A stretch of 61,892 bases of DNA, filler included. It is 14 parts of 14 records of this genome, joined end to end, with 100 filler letters (N's around TTAATTAATTAA, not from the genome) between each part and the next. Parts side by side here need not be neighbours in the genome. Positions count along the whole stretch, not along the records: positions 58,083 to 61,892 come from SRR15195285_3511; 13 more parts are not named here. One strand, given 5' to 3'. The translations under genes and the position numbers were made by a program. Positions 60,694 to 61,892 of this stretch are shown in pieces. Each line of letters opens with the position of its first letter. The first letter of the stretch is position 1. The notes beneath the pieces were generated by a model. It saw only the letters and a program-made list of their open reading frames with translations. It was not told where the DNA came from and searched no databases.

Positions 60694-61713
60694 ATGCGGG
60701 CAACACCACGGTCGGCGGTTGGCTCGGTAGTCCTCCTCCTCCTGGCTGCTCCTGTGCTGCTGCTGCTGCTGCTGCCAGTGGCACATGCGAGGGCGGTTGA
60801 CATGGGCCTCAACCTGCCTGCGACCCAAGGAACGTCTGGCACCGGGGCTTTCCTTCCGGGTGTATACAGCTTCAACTACACCGCCGACCAACTGGCCAGA
60901 GCCAAGGCTGCTGGCTTCAACTCATTGCGGCTCCCGGTCAATATTCCGACCGCAAGCGATCCGCCCACGCTCGCCAAGATGCGCGGGATCATAGAGGCTA
61001 TAGGCGGCAGCGGAGTGATCTGCATGTTCGGCACTGGCAGCACGACGACACACGGGACGGGACGCATTGACGACCTGGGCAAGGCGATTGCCGCGTGGGA
61101 GAAGGTGCACGCCGTCTTCGAAGACCTACCGAACGTCAAGTACGAGATATTTAATGAGCCCCACGGTTATGCCCCTGGATGCAACTCACCACCGTGCAAG
61201 ACGCCCGCTGGCTACATCATGGATGTCTCGACGCTGGTCTTCGAGGCGAAGCTGCCAAAAGATCGCTGCATCCTCGATGCACTGGGTTGGGCCCAAGATC
61301 CTCAGGGGTTAGTGGATATGGGCTGGGACGGCCTCGTCGGTTATCATTTTTACCCGTGGTGGCTAGCTGGGGGTCAGAACCACAGCCGAGCTGAGTACAG
61401 CGCGCTCCTCCGCAGCGCGTTGGGCAAGACGAAGGCGGGCTTGCCGCGGCAGATTAGCAACCGCACGTTCATCACCGAGTTTGGAGGCAATCTTGGCCTA
61501 TCCAACGTCAAATACGAGCAGCCGAGCACGAGCAACGATGTGAACTGTTTTCAGGGCCTCGACGATGCGCTGACCGCGCTACAGCAGGATGGGCATGGTG
61601 TTGCTGGCGCGTTCCACTGGCACGGTTGGGAGAACGGCGACTCCTTCTCCTTCTGGGGAGAGGGCAACGCGAACGGGAGCGCAAAGGTGACGAAAATCCT
61701 CAAGGATATGTGA
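60694..61713 (+). CDS. Glycoside hydrolase family 5 (cellulase family), secreted, intronless
   Basis: Signal peptide; GFNSLRLPVN, YEIFNEP (acid/base), YHFYP, FITEFG (nucleophile), AFHW. Confidence 0.88.
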   Translation: MRATPRSAVGSVVLLLLAAPVLLLLLLPVAHARAVDMGLNLPATQGTSGTGAFLPGVYSFNYTADQLARAKAAGFNSLRLPVNIPTASDPPTLAKMRGIIEAIGGSGVICMFGTGSTTTHGTGRIDDLGKAIAAWEKVHAVFEDLPNVKYEIFNEPHGYAPGCNSPPCKTPAGYIMDVSTLVFEAKLPKDRCILDALGWAQDPQGLVDMGWDGLVGYHFYPWWLAGGQNHSRAEYSALLRSALGKTKAGLPRQISNRTFITEFGGNLGLSNVKYEQPSTSNDVNCFQGLDDALTALQQDGHGVAGAFHWHGWENGDSFSFWGEGNANGSAKVTKILKDM

Positions 61714-61865
61714 ACACCATGCCGGCGTGCGTGTCCTAGGTGGACCCTACTTCGCGCTTTTGTCATCAAAGGAGAGCTTCGCGAGCCAGTGCCAGTGGAG
61801 ACAGACGATGGGTTTGCACTTAGCCAGCTGGTTGAGCAGTAATGGGACAAAGGCGCCAATGGATT

Positions 61866-61892
61866 AGCAGCAGCAGCAGCAGCAGCAGCAGC
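61866..61892. repeat. (CAG)n microsatellite at the window end; similar (CTG)n runs at 1-24 and about 8419-8471
   Basis: Read directly; several contigs terminate in simple repeats. Confidence 0.9.

Noticed and set aside
1-61892. Prokaryotic defence or CRISPR system, alternative genetic code, selenocysteine, or a precise taxonomic assignment
   Set aside because: No spacer-repeat array or operon structure is present. The in-frame stops I examined were explained by GT-AG introns. There is no rRNA or marker gene that allows placement without a search.

Overview
This is eukaryotic (protist-like) nuclear DNA, not a prokaryotic locus. Fourteen short contigs are joined by 13 identical artificial 100-nt spacers (N44-TTAATTAATTAA-N44), so gene order across spacers means nothing. 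Genes have short GT-AG introns, so many ORF-track entries are single exons; I spliced them by eye. Recognisable genes: sialate O-acetylesterase-like esterase, N-formylglutamate amidohydrolase-like protein, VMA21, a Ser/Thr kinase, an MFS transporter, a coactosin-like ADF-H protein, GH2, CDC6, a GPS/PKD1-like membrane protein, an LRR multi-pass receptor, two 2OG-Fe(II) oxygenases, a divergent GH32, a membrane-anchored rhodanese, an EGF/LamG membrane protein, a large part of DNA-PKcs, and GH5. Unusual proteins: CDC6 with an N-terminal Tudor-like domain; a WWE-RRM-EF-PDZ-RRM-PH scaffold; a prolyl 4-hydroxylase split by an EF-hand insert; an extracellular rhodanese. Unusual non-coding features: upstream regions built from a shared set of short palindromes; a palindromic dispersed repeat at three contig ends; a G-U-compatible hairpin followed by an Sm-like site. 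All family calls come from motif recognition only; no searches were run.
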